NCBI GenBank assembly: GCA_027339965.1
Contig: DAHWNL010000069.1
Coordinates: forward strand, 1 to 33,709
DNA from: Granulicella sp.
GTDB taxonomy: Bacteria > Acidobacteriota > Terriglobia > Terriglobales > Acidobacteriaceae
Reading direction: 5' to 3'
DNA length: 33,709 nucleotides
Of this stretch, positions 9,832 to 18,887 are shown in pieces. Within the stretch, counting starts at the first letter, position 1. Each line of letters starts with the position of its first letter. The notes under the pieces are model-generated. The model saw only the letters and a list, made by a program, of their open reading frames with translations, did not search any database and was not told where the DNA came from. Made by a program: the position numbers and the translations under genes.

Positions 9832-10439
9832 TCGCCATCATCGACTACCAGGCGGGCAACCTCACCAGCGTAGTCAAGGCCGTGCGCTTTCTTGGCGCGC
9901 AGAACGTGGTTGTCACCCAATCGCCTCAGGATCTGCTGCAAGCCGGAAAGATCCTTCTTCCCGGCGTCGGCCACTTTCGCTCCACCGAACTGCTCAACAC
10001 GCTCGGACTCACCGCCGCCATTCGCCAGGCCATCGCCGCGGGCATCCCGTTTCTCGGCATCTGCGTGGGCCTGCAATGGCTCTACCAGGGATCAACGGAA
10101 GCCACGGAGACGCATGGCCTGGGCCATTTCGCGGGGCGCTGTGAGCGCTTCCCCGCCACGCTGGCAGGAGAGCGGGTCAAGTCTCCCCACGTGGGCTGGA
10201 ACTCGCTGGAGTCCATCCGTCCTGGCTCCCGCTTGCTGTGCGGAGTGCCCTCCGGCAGCTACGTCTACTACACCCACTCCTGGCGCGCTCCTCTGTCACC
10301 GGATACGGCGGCGGAGACCGTTTACGCGGAAGCATTTACCGCCGCTGTTGAGCGCGGCAACGTCATGGGAGTTCAGTTTCACCCTGAGAAGTCCGCCGAT
10401 GTGGGACTTCAGGTGCTCAAGAACTTCCTCACACTCTGA
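9828..10439 (+). CDS. hisH: Imidazole glycerol phosphate synthase glutaminase subunit
   Basis: [34 protein letters not shown]. Confidence 0.97.
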   Translation: MIAIIDYQAGNLTSVVKAVRFLGAQNVVVTQSPQDLLQAGKILLPGVGHFRSTELLNTLGLTAAIRQAIAAGIPFLGICVGLQWLYQGSTEATETHGLGHFAGRCERFPATLAGERVKSPHVGWNSLESIRPGSRLLCGVPSGSYVYYTHSWRAPLSPDTAAETVYAEAFTAAVERGNVMGVQFHPEKSADVGLQVLKNFLTL

Positions 10440-10502
10440 CCCTCTGTTCGGCCTGGAAGGCCGCGCAGATCTCCTTCATCGCCTCAGGATTCGAGAAACA
10501 AC

Positions 10503-11282
<780 letters not shown>

Positions 11283-11423
11283 CCCTCTGCGCCGTCGATC
11301 CTCCTGGATCGCCGAGCTCAAACCCTCTTGCAGCCAACCAGCTCTGGCCGAATCTGAATGCCTTCGATCAGCCAAGCCGCTCTCTTCGCCGCCAGGCAGC
11401 GGAAATTCTTCGCAGCATGACCT

Positions 11424-11429
11424 TAAAAT
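11424..11429 (+). promoter_or_regulatory. -10 element for a probable leaderless hisA transcript
   Basis: TAAAAT 7 nt before ATG 11437, no SD sequence, 154-bp gap after hisF. Confidence 0.5.
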
Positions 11430-11436
11430 AAAAGCC

Positions 11437-12144
11437 ATGTTGATTCCTTCGATCGATCTGATGGCGGGGCGGATTGTGCAGCTTGTGCAGGGAGAGAAGC
11501 TGGCCCTCTCCTTTGACGACTTCGATTACTGGATGGAGCGGTTCGGCAAGTATCCTCTGGTGCAGCTCATTGACCTGGACGCCGCCATGCGTCAGGGCGA
11601 GAACACAGACCTAGTCACCATGATCTGCAAACGTCTGCCTTGTCAGGTAGGCGGCGGGCTGAGAACCGCCCAGGACGGCCGTCGACTACTCGACGCCGGA
11701 GCGAAGCGCGTGATCTACGGTTCAAGCCTGTTCGCCGCCGAACCGGAGCCAAGCGAGATCAGCCGGAGACATAAACTGATTCGGCTGGAGTTCTCTGCGG
11801 AATTGAAGCGTACCCTGGGCGAGGACGCCCTGTGCTTCGCCGTGGACACCAAGGCCGGCAAGCTGGCCGTGCGGGGATGGAAGGAGAGTGTAAACCTGAC
11901 CCCGGAGGAGGCCGTGACCTGGCTGGAAGACTTCTGTTCCGCCTTCCTCTACACTCACGTGGACACCGAGGGCACCATGCAGGGCTTTCCTCTGGATGTG
12001 GCGGCTATTCTGCGTGCCACCACCGGCCGCCAACTCATCGTCGCCGGCGGCATCCGCGCTCTGGATGAGATCCAGGCGCTGGACTCCATGGGCGTGGATG
12101 CCGTCGCCGGCATGGCCGTCTACTCCGGCGCGTTGCCCGCTTAG
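11437..12144 (+). CDS. hisA: ProFAR isomerase
   Basis: LIPSIDL..GRIVQLVQG, IDLDAA, QVGGGLR, YTHVDTEGTMQG, VAGGIR; position at the end of the his cluster. Confidence 0.92.
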   Translation: MLIPSIDLMAGRIVQLVQGEKLALSFDDFDYWMERFGKYPLVQLIDLDAAMRQGENTDLVTMICKRLPCQVGGGLRTAQDGRRLLDAGAKRVIYGSSLFAAEPEPSEISRRHKLIRLEFSAELKRTLGEDALCFAVDTKAGKLAVRGWKESVNLTPEEAVTWLEDFCSAFLYTHVDTEGTMQGFPLDVAAILRATTGRQLIVAGGIRALDEIQALDSMGVDAVAGMAVYSGALPA

Positions 12145-12261
12145 CCGTTGGCGGCGGGGCGCTGGCTTGGCCTGCATGAGATGCAGTACAAATGGAGCGG
12201 GGCTTTCGGCTGCTTCTGCCGGGGTAGCCAATCGAGTTCCAGTTCCAATGAGGAGAGGAAG

Positions 12262-13749
12262 ATGAGCAAGCTTGACAAAAACAGCGGGGCCTCGCGGAGA
12301 GAGTTTCTGCAGGCCGGTTTGGCTCTTACCAGCGCATCGTTGGCTCCAATCTCGCCTTTATCCACGGCTCTGCTCCATGCTTCCAGCCAGCCCCCCACCC
12401 GGAAAAGGCCGAACATCGTCTTTTTCTACACCGAAGCGCAGCGCTGGGATGCGCTTGGTCTGGCCGGAAATGCTCTGCTCAAGACGCCTCACATGGATCG
12501 TATTGGCCGGGAGGGCGTGGTCTTCAGCAACTCCTTTTGCACCAATGCCCTGTGCGCTCCCTCCAGAGCCGTGGTCTTGACGGGCCTGTACTCTCACTCC
12601 ACCGGCGCTTTGGACAACGATGCCCTGGAAGCGCTGCCAGCCGATATTCCCTTGTTCACAGACCTGCTGCACGACGCTGGGTACCAGACGGCGATGTGCG
12701 GCAAAGCCCACGGGCCAAACGGCTTCAAGGAGCGGCGCTGGGACTACTATTTTGCTTTCAACGCCCCGGCAACCAACTACTACGACCCCATCTTCCATGA
12801 GAGCTTCGCAGGCAAGCGCGGTGAGACCAGAAACTACCCCGGAGCCTATGCCGACGACCTGGCTACCGATCGCGCGCTGGCCTGGCTGGACCAGAAGCGC
12901 GACCAGCCCTTCTGCCTGCTCCTATGGCATCAGTCTCCGCATGCTCCTTTTTTCCGAGCCAAGAAGTATCTGGACCTCTATAACGGTGTGCCCATACCCA
13001 CCCCGAATACGTTTTGGGATTACACCACCCGATTCCCCGGCAAGCCAAAGGCCTTTATCGACGCCAAAAACAAGATCGGCACCATGCAGACGGGCGACGG
13101 CGTCCGCTGTCTGGAAGAGCTGGTCAAGGACTACAACGCCGGCTTTGCCGGTGTCGACGACAACATCGGCCGCGTCCTTGAGTGGCTGGAAAAATCCGGC
13201 GAGTTGGACAACACCATCATCGTGCTGACCTCCGATCACGGATACTTCCTGGGCGAGTGGCAGGCGTTCGACAAGCGCTTCATGCACGAGCCGTCGATTC
13301 ATACCCCCATGATGATCCGCTATCCAAAGGCGTTCCAGGCGGGCGGAAAGGTAGAGGAGATGGTGCTGAATCTGGACGTGGCTCCCACGCTGCTGGAGCT
13401 GGCCGGCGTTCCGGTTCCGGCTCATCTGCAAGGCCACAGCGTGGTCAAGCTGGCCCAGGGCAACAATGCGGGCTGGCGCAAGGACTGGCTGTATGAGTAT
13501 TTTGAGTATCCTCGCGCCGAGTACGTGCAACCGCACCGGGGCGTGCGCACGGAGAGATACAAGTTCATCAACTACTACCTGGAGCCGCAGGAGTTTGAAC
13601 TCTACGACCTGCAGGAAGACCCCGCGGAGCTGAAAAACCTCTACGGCGACCCACGCTACGCCGCTATCCAGAAACACCTGGTCCAGCGCCTGGAAGAACT
13701 GCGGCGTGAGACGGGCGATGAAGGCAATGTGCGCGTGCTGGATTCATAA
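12262..13749 (+). CDS. Tat-exported Cys-type formylglycine sulfatase (GlcNAc-6-sulfatase-like)
   Basis: SRREFLQ twin-arginine signal; CAPSRAVVLTG; SDHG, DKRFMHE, ELYDL..DP.E; AGGAG RBS before ATG 12262. Confidence 0.92.
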   Translation: MSKLDKNSGASRREFLQAGLALTSASLAPISPLSTALLHASSQPPTRKRPNIVFFYTEAQRWDALGLAGNALLKTPHMDRIGREGVVFSNSFCTNALCAPSRAVVLTGLYSHSTGALDNDALEALPADIPLFTDLLHDAGYQTAMCGKAHGPNGFKERRWDYYFAFNAPATNYYDPIFHESFAGKRGETRNYPGAYADDLATDRALAWLDQKRDQPFCLLLWHQSPHAPFFRAKKYLDLYNGVPIPTPNTFWDYTTRFPGKPKAFIDAKNKIGTMQTGDGVRCLEELVKDYNAGFAGVDDNIGRVLEWLEKSGELDNTIIVLTSDHGYFLGEWQAFDKRFMHEPSIHTPMMIRYPKAFQAGGKVEEMVLNLDVAPTLLELAGVPVPAHLQGHSVVKLAQGNNAGWRKDWLYEYFEYPRAEYVQPHRGVRTERYKFINYYLEPQEFELYDLQEDPAELKNLYGDPRYAAIQKHLVQRLEELRRETGDEGNVRVLDS

Positions 13750-13860
13750 GCCGCGCTTCTTGCGGAAGCCGCAGCGGAGACCCGTCTCAGATCCGTCTCC
13801 AGGGCTGGGATAGCCCTGCTCCCCGGACAAGCCTCCCCAGTCTTGAAGGCTGCGCGCTCC

Positions 13861-14550
13861 TTACTGTTGCGGAAGCAGGGGCGCTAGGCGCACAAGGTTG
13901 GTCAGCACGGTGCGCTCGTTATAGTCCATCCAGTCCAACTGCGGAGCGTTGAGCAACCTCCAGCGTTGTCTGGGAGGAAAACTGCGCAGCTCACGGAAGA
14001 GCCGAATGACCTGCTGCCGCTGAGCGAGCGGCAAGGAGCCTAGCTGCTGCAGAGCTCCCCGCACCTGCGACCGTTGTTGGGGAGTCAGCCGCTCCATGGC
14101 CTCCACATGCGCCAGCGTCCGCTGCCGCTGAAGGGGCTGCATGGCATATAACTGCGCCAACCGCTGGTGCATTCGGTACTGTGCCTCGGGCGGGAGCAGG
14201 TCAAACCCAGGCTCCTTGTTGAGCGCCTGCTGCAATTGCTCCAGCGTCATCCAGCTATGCCGTTTCATCCACTGGGCGAGATGACCGCCATCTCCCTGCG
14301 TATTCGATCCGACTTGAGCCGGCGCCGACGGATTCGAGCCGGCATACTGGGCTGAGGTCTGAGCCTGCTCCCCAGATCCCAGCAAATCCGCCAGATCCGC
14401 TGCATAAGCCGACCCCGCCGGGTACGCCGGCACAGGGCTTCCCTGGGTCCACGCGATCCCTCCACCGGCCGCCATCAGCAGCAGCCACACGGGCAGGATC
14501 CTCATCCTCGCCCCGCGTCTGGAGCGGCGGAATGTCAGCTTCTTCCCCAT
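13861..14550 (-). CDS. DUF3106-like exported helical-repeat protein
   Basis: Hydrophobic signal-like segment, then Gln/Arg-rich repeats (LPPEAQ, LTPQQR, LPLAQR, FPPRQR); third gene after ECF sigma and anti-sigma. Start uncertain (14550 or 14505). Confidence 0.7.
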   Translation of the reverse strand: MGKKLTFRRSRRGARMRILPVWLLLMAAGGGIAWTQGSPVPAYPAGSAYAADLADLLGSGEQAQTSAQYAGSNPSAPAQVGSNTQGDGGHLAQWMKRHSWMTLEQLQQALNKEPGFDLLPPEAQYRMHQRLAQLYAMQPLQRQRTLAHVEAMERLTPQQRSQVRGALQQLGSLPLAQRQQVIRLFRELRSFPPRQRWRLLNAPQLDWMDYNERTVLTNLVRLAPLLPQQ

Positions 14551-14876
14551 GCTTCGATTCGATCCCGTTCCTCGTCCCGGCGGCAATACCTCATCCTCTC
14601 CTGACTTCCGGCAACCACTCCCCTTCATCATCCTATCCAGACTTCAGGCGGAAGAACGCTTTCCTCCGGGCGAAAGATGATTCGCTCGCCGGTGGCTGGG
14701 CCCCGGAAGGTTCTGCCGTCAAAGCTGGGGATCTGCAGCTCCTGCACCTCCCGCAGCCGCCTCCCCGGCACGCCACCCCGTGCCACTCGAGATGCCTAAA
14801 TTCCGGCCACTTGGTCCTGCCCCCTCGATGCACAGTCTTCCGCCTTCGGCGTCTCAGCTCCGCTCCGGCACCGCTT

Positions 14877-15488
14877 CTAGCTCAGCGGCGGCGCCGAGGA
14901 GCCATCGTCGGAGTCCAGCAACTGATCCATCTGCTGCAGGGCCTGTGCGTTTGTATCCAGAATCTTCAGGTCTTTGACGGCCGGCGATATCTTCATCGCC
15001 GCTGTCCGATGATGTCCATGGAGCCCCATAAAGCCGCCTTCACTGCCGGCAATCACCATCAGCGCCAGGGCGCCGGCCAGCACCGGGCGCAGACGGCGCC
15101 GGCTGCTGTAGAGAAAGAAGGAGCGAACTCGGCTCCAGAGCCCTTCCGGCTGCTCCGCCTGCGCCTGGCGCAACCGCGCATGCAATCTGCCGTCAAAGAA
15201 CGCTGAGGGCTCCGGCGCCTCCCAGCTATCCATCAAGGCAAAGGTCGCCCGCATTTGTTCCAACCCCGCGCGGCATGCCGCGCAGCCGGCCAGATGCTCC
15301 GCAACCTGTGTGGCCAGGTCCGGCACGGATCTTGACACCGGAACGGGCACAGCATCGGACACGGCATCGGAGAAGGGGCCGTGCGCCCCAGCAGCCCGCA
15401 CCTTGGCCGCGAATGATGCATCCAGCAACAGATCGGCAAAGTAGCCGCCGCAGGTCTTGCAGTTGATCTTCTGAACCATCTTGGTCAT
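14877..15488 (-). CDS. Zinc-binding (zf-HC2/ZAS) transmembrane anti-sigma factor
   Basis: N-terminal Cys plus HLAGCAAC (HxxxCxxC), EPSAFFDGRL, one TM helix; AAGGAG RBS before ATG 15488. Confidence 0.88.
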   Translation of the reverse strand: MTKMVQKINCKTCGGYFADLLLDASFAAKVRAAGAHGPFSDAVSDAVPVPVSRSVPDLATQVAEHLAGCAACRAGLEQMRATFALMDSWEAPEPSAFFDGRLHARLRQAQAEQPEGLWSRVRSFFLYSSRRRLRPVLAGALALMVIAGSEGGFMGLHGHHRTAAMKISPAVKDLKILDTNAQALQQMDQLLDSDDGSSAPPLS

Positions 15489-15567
15489 AGTATCTCCTTT
15501 GAGCATTCCAATCCCGTCATCCCTTGCTTTGCGGGACTGCCCCGCTCTGTGCCCATGTCCCGCCTGT

Positions 15568-16311
15568 CTACAAAAACTCCTTCAGTTTCTCCCGCAACGT
15601 CTGGTAGGCGCGGAACAAAAGCGACTTGGTGGCGGATTCGGAGAGCTTCAGCACCTCGCCGATCTGCCGATAATCCATCCCCTGGTACTTGTGCATCAGC
15701 ACGGCGGTGCGCTGCCGCTCCGGCAAGGCCATCACATGGCGGCGAATCGCCTCCATCCGTTCTTTCTGCAAAAGTTCCGCTTCGGCGCTGGGCGCATCGT
15801 CGGCCAGATCCGGGGCCGTTCCCGTCTCAGCGTCCACCTCATCCAGATAAACCGCCGCCGCCGTGCGCTCATAACGCGTATCCCGGGCGTAGTTCACCGC
15901 CAGGTTGGTGGCGATCCGGTACAGCCAGGTGGAGAACTGAGCCTCGGCTCGGTAGGTCTCCCGGGCTCTGTAAACGCGCAGAAAAACATCTTGAGCCAGT
16001 TCTTCAGCCACCGCCTGGTTGTGCACCATGCGAAACATGAAGTGCACCATCGGCTTGCGGTACTTCGCCAGCAGAACGTCGAAGGCATCCATGTTGCCGG
16101 CCTTCAACTCCAACATCACCTGGGCATCGGCCAGCCCCGAGAAGTCGTTCCGAGCCATCGCCGCCAGGCGCTGTTCTGCCGCCAACCCGGAGCCCAACTC
16201 CGGCGTCTCACAGCTATCGGACGGCAGAACGGGCAACACAGCCGCATCACCGCACGGCAGAAGGTCCGCCGCCGGTCCCAGAAGCCCGGACTGAAGAGCC
16301 ACCGCCGCCAT
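15568..16311 (-). CDS. ECF sigma-70 factor
   Basis: Region 2 AEELAQDVFLRVYR...FSTWLYRIATN and region 4 LPERQR...YRQIGEVL..SESATKSLLFRA. Probable start ATG 16311 after AGGAG; the track start (16557) looks over-extended. Confidence 0.93.
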   Translation of the reverse strand: MAAVALQSGLLGPAADLLPCGDAAVLPVLPSDSCETPELGSGLAAEQRLAAMARNDFSGLADAQVMLELKAGNMDAFDVLLAKYRKPMVHFMFRMVHNQAVAEELAQDVFLRVYRARETYRAEAQFSTWLYRIATNLAVNYARDTRYERTAAAVYLDEVDAETGTAPDLADDAPSAEAELLQKERMEAIRRHVMALPERQRTAVLMHKYQGMDYRQIGEVLKLSESATKSLLFRAYQTLREKLKEFL

Positions 16312-16573
16312 ATTCTCCTGAACACCAATTCGTTCCGCAGGTTGCGCGGAATCCCCCGCCTCGCCCACATTTTGGCGAGTCTCGGGAGCAACGAGCGGAT
16401 CTTCCGGCAGTTCTGGTTGCAGGGGGGGCATTCGGACGTAATTGTAACCTCCCCGCTTGCTTGTTTTTCGCCCGCACAGGGCCCTCAGACGCTGCCTGGC
16501 TCGGCCTCGCCTGCCGGCGGAGAAATCTGGTTGGCGCCGGACCGCAGCGCTCTGCACAGACGCGCGTCCTGCT

Positions 16574-16602
16574 TTGGCGCTGCGGTCCGCCGATGGTATG
16601 CT
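16574..16602 (+). promoter_or_regulatory. Candidate tRNA promoter
   Basis: TTGGCG-N17-TATGCT with an extended -10 TGn. Confidence 0.45.
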
Positions 16603-16683
16603 AAACGAGGCTGCGGAAGATCCTCCAATTCAGCCTGCGGACCAGCCTCCCTTCCCCGAGCGGACGGCGTCCTCAGGAGCCAT

Positions 16684-16758
16684 GGGCGCATAACTCAGCG
16701 GTAGAGTGCCACCTTCACACGGTGGAAGTCGTAGGTTCGAATCCTGCTGTGCCCACCA
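16684..16758 (+). tRNA. tRNA-Val (anticodon CAC)
   Basis: 75-nt cloverleaf: acceptor GGGCGCA/TGTGCCC, anticodon arm CCACC-TTCACAC-GGTGG, T-loop GTTCGAATC, encoded CCA. Confidence 0.97.
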
Positions 16759-17067
16759 TAGACATCAACAACTTAGGCGCTGGAATTCTCTCGCAGACCG
16801 CTGCCGGACGAGCAGCCGCAGGCTCTACCCGACCAGCCCGAGCCGCCGGGGCGAGGGCGCATCCCGCCTCAGGGTCCGGCGGCGCTCCCAAACCGATAGC
16901 ATCTTCCCTGCTGATGGATGCCTCAGAGCGGGCTTGCCGTGGCGTTATTCTCGGTGAGCGCTCAACGAACGCCATCTTGTGCGATTTGTAGGGACGCTTT
17001 CCCCCCCCAACTTCAGGATGCAAAAGTCTCCCATAGGCAGGCATGAGCAGACGCTAACGAAGGGCAA

Positions 17068-17095
17068 GGCCTTCCCAAACAGAAGGCCCTTATTT
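17068..17095 (+). terminator. Possible intrinsic terminator downstream of the tRNA
   Basis: GGCCTTC-ccaaaca-GAAGGCC followed by CTTATTT. Confidence 0.4.
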
Positions 17096-17299
17096 GCAAT
17101 AAGAATTTAAAATTGGACGCCTTGGGGAGGATTACCAGATCCTCACTCTAGAGTTGAAAGGAATATGCTGAAGAGGAAGACGCGACCGCTGGAATAACAC
17201 CGACTTTGATGCCGCAGAGGAGATGCGCGCAGGGAGCTCATCTCGGCTTCAGAGGCCCGCCGTTCGCCAACCACCCGCGGTTCGCTTAGAGGAAGCACC

Positions 17300-18886
17300 A
17301 TGAACTATCCCGTCTGGGACGTACTCTTTGGTTCCGGTCTACTCATCGCGCTGGTCGCCGGACTGCACGTCTTCGTCTCTCACTTCGCCGTGGGCGGAGG
17401 ACTGTTTCTCGTCCTCACCGAACGCAAGGCCCGCCGGACGAATGATGTGGCGCTGCTGAACTGGCTGCAAAGCCATACCAAGTTTTTCGTTCTGCTCACT
17501 GTCGTCTTTGGAGCCGTCAGCGGGGTCGGCATCTGGTTCACCATCGGTCTGATTGCGCCCAGCGCCACCAGCGACCTGATCCATATCTTTGTGTGGGGAT
17601 GGGCCATCGAATGGGTCGCCTTCTTCATCGAGATCTCCGCAGCGCTGCTCTACCTCTATGGCTGGGACAAGCTTCCCGCCAAGCTCCACGAGTGGTACGG
17701 ATGGATCTACTTCATCGCGGGCTTTGCCAGCCTGGTGGTGATCAACGGCATCATCACCTTCATGCTGACGCCGGGGAGCTGGGTCGACGTCCACAAGTTC
17801 TGGATCGGGTTCTTCAATCCCACCTATCTGCCTTCGGTGTTCTTCCGCACTGCCATCTGCCTGGCCTTGGCCGGCATCTACGCTCTGATCACCGCCAGTA
17901 TGCAGAAGGATGCTGATCTGAAGGCTCGCATCGTGCGCTGGGGGGCGCTTTGGACCGTTCCCTCCCTGATCGCCCTTGTGCCGCTGGGCTGGTGGTACAT
18001 CCATGAGATTCCGGCCTCGCTCTTCCTCAGCGCGCGGGGGCCCATGCCCACAGCCACGCACTTCGCCTCGCTGGCCTGGATCCTACTGGCAGTCACCTTT
18101 GCGCTGATGCTGCTGGCGGTCTTCACTCCCCGCCGGCTGCATCTGGTCTTCGCCCTGGCGGTGGCCCTGGTAGCGCTGGGCGCCATGGACTCCTTCGAGT
18201 TTGTCCGTGAAGACGTGCGCAAGCCCTTTGTCATCGAAAACTACCTCTACGACAACTCGCTCTACGTCTACAGCATGCCCGGCGACGGCGGCTTCACCGT
18301 TGACAATCTCACCCACGTCGGCGTGCTGCATGCGGCCCACTGGATCAACCAGCGCACCATCACCGCCGGCAACCGGGTAGAGGTTGGGCGTGAGATCTTC
18401 CGCGTCGAGTGCCAGTCCTGTCACACCCCCAATGCCTATCGAGGCATCCATCAGCTCATCGAGCAGCGACAGTGGGATCCGGCCACAGTGAGCGCGATGC
18501 TGACCGGCATCTCGCTGATGCACAACGGAGTGATGCCACCCTTCGCGGGCACCGACGCCGAGCGCGGAGCCTTGGCCGCCTACCTGAACTCCCTGCAGAC
18601 CATCACGCCCAATCCGGCCACCTTCACCAACGGCAAGTTGATGTTTGAGGAGCACTGCTCGATGTGCCATCAGGACCACCCCGATGATCCTCTGTTCGCC
18701 GGGTTGGACCGCGACCCGAAAGTTGCCGCCGACTCGCTGAAGAACCTGACCAACCTTTTTCCCCTGATGCCCGACATCAAGCTCAACCAGACGCAACGCG
18801 TCTCCCTCGTCCAGTGGGTCAACACGCAGCGCCCGGCCGGCCAGCCCGGAGCGGCGGCCGGCTCCGCAGCCCAAGGAGGCAACTGA
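17300..18886 (+). CDS. Cytochrome bd-superfamily subunit I-like membrane protein with two C-terminal cytochrome c domains
   Basis: CydA-like motifs LHVFVSHFAVG, IEWVAFFIE, FMLTP, NPT, VREDVRKPF; CQSCH (18410-18424) and CSMCH (18656-18670), each followed by an MP motif (likely distal Met); GAGGA RBS. Confidence 0.85.
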   Translation: MNYPVWDVLFGSGLLIALVAGLHVFVSHFAVGGGLFLVLTERKARRTNDVALLNWLQSHTKFFVLLTVVFGAVSGVGIWFTIGLIAPSATSDLIHIFVWGWAIEWVAFFIEISAALLYLYGWDKLPAKLHEWYGWIYFIAGFASLVVINGIITFMLTPGSWVDVHKFWIGFFNPTYLPSVFFRTAICLALAGIYALITASMQKDADLKARIVRWGALWTVPSLIALVPLGWWYIHEIPASLFLSARGPMPTATHFASLAWILLAVTFALMLLAVFTPRRLHLVFALAVALVALGAMDSFEFVREDVRKPFVIENYLYDNSLYVYSMPGDGGFTVDNLTHVGVLHAAHWINQRTITAGNRVEVGREIFRVECQSCHTPNAYRGIHQLIEQRQWDPATVSAMLTGISLMHNGVMPPFAGTDAERGALAAYLNSLQTITPNPATFTNGKLMFEEHCSMCHQDHPDDPLFAGLDRDPKVAADSLKNLTNLFPLMPDIKLNQTQRVSLVQWVNTQRPAGQPGAAAGSAAQGGN

Positions 18887-18887
18887 G

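Noticed and set aside
11358..11420. 20-codon ORF between hisF and hisA
   Set aside because: No RBS and no His enrichment; likely chance.
16320..16346. Autoregulatory ECF promoter (minus strand GCAACC...TGTTC)
   Set aside because: Weak match, seen once; not supportable without cross-genome comparison.
15481..16704. 407-aa plus-strand ORF and other long antisense or shifted ORFs (e.g. 2392-3498, 6221-7174, 9892-11190, 30207-31175)
   Set aside because: Shadows of well-supported genes caused by GC-rich codon bias; no recognisable motifs.
16706..17044. ORFs overlapping the tRNA (16706-16957, 16722-16991, 16715-17044)
   Set aside because: They overlap a clear tRNA gene and have low-complexity, non-protein-like translations.
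17220..17244. GAGATG...CATCTC hairpin as a riboswitch for the bd-like operon
   Set aside because: A single short stem with no recognisable aptamer consensus.
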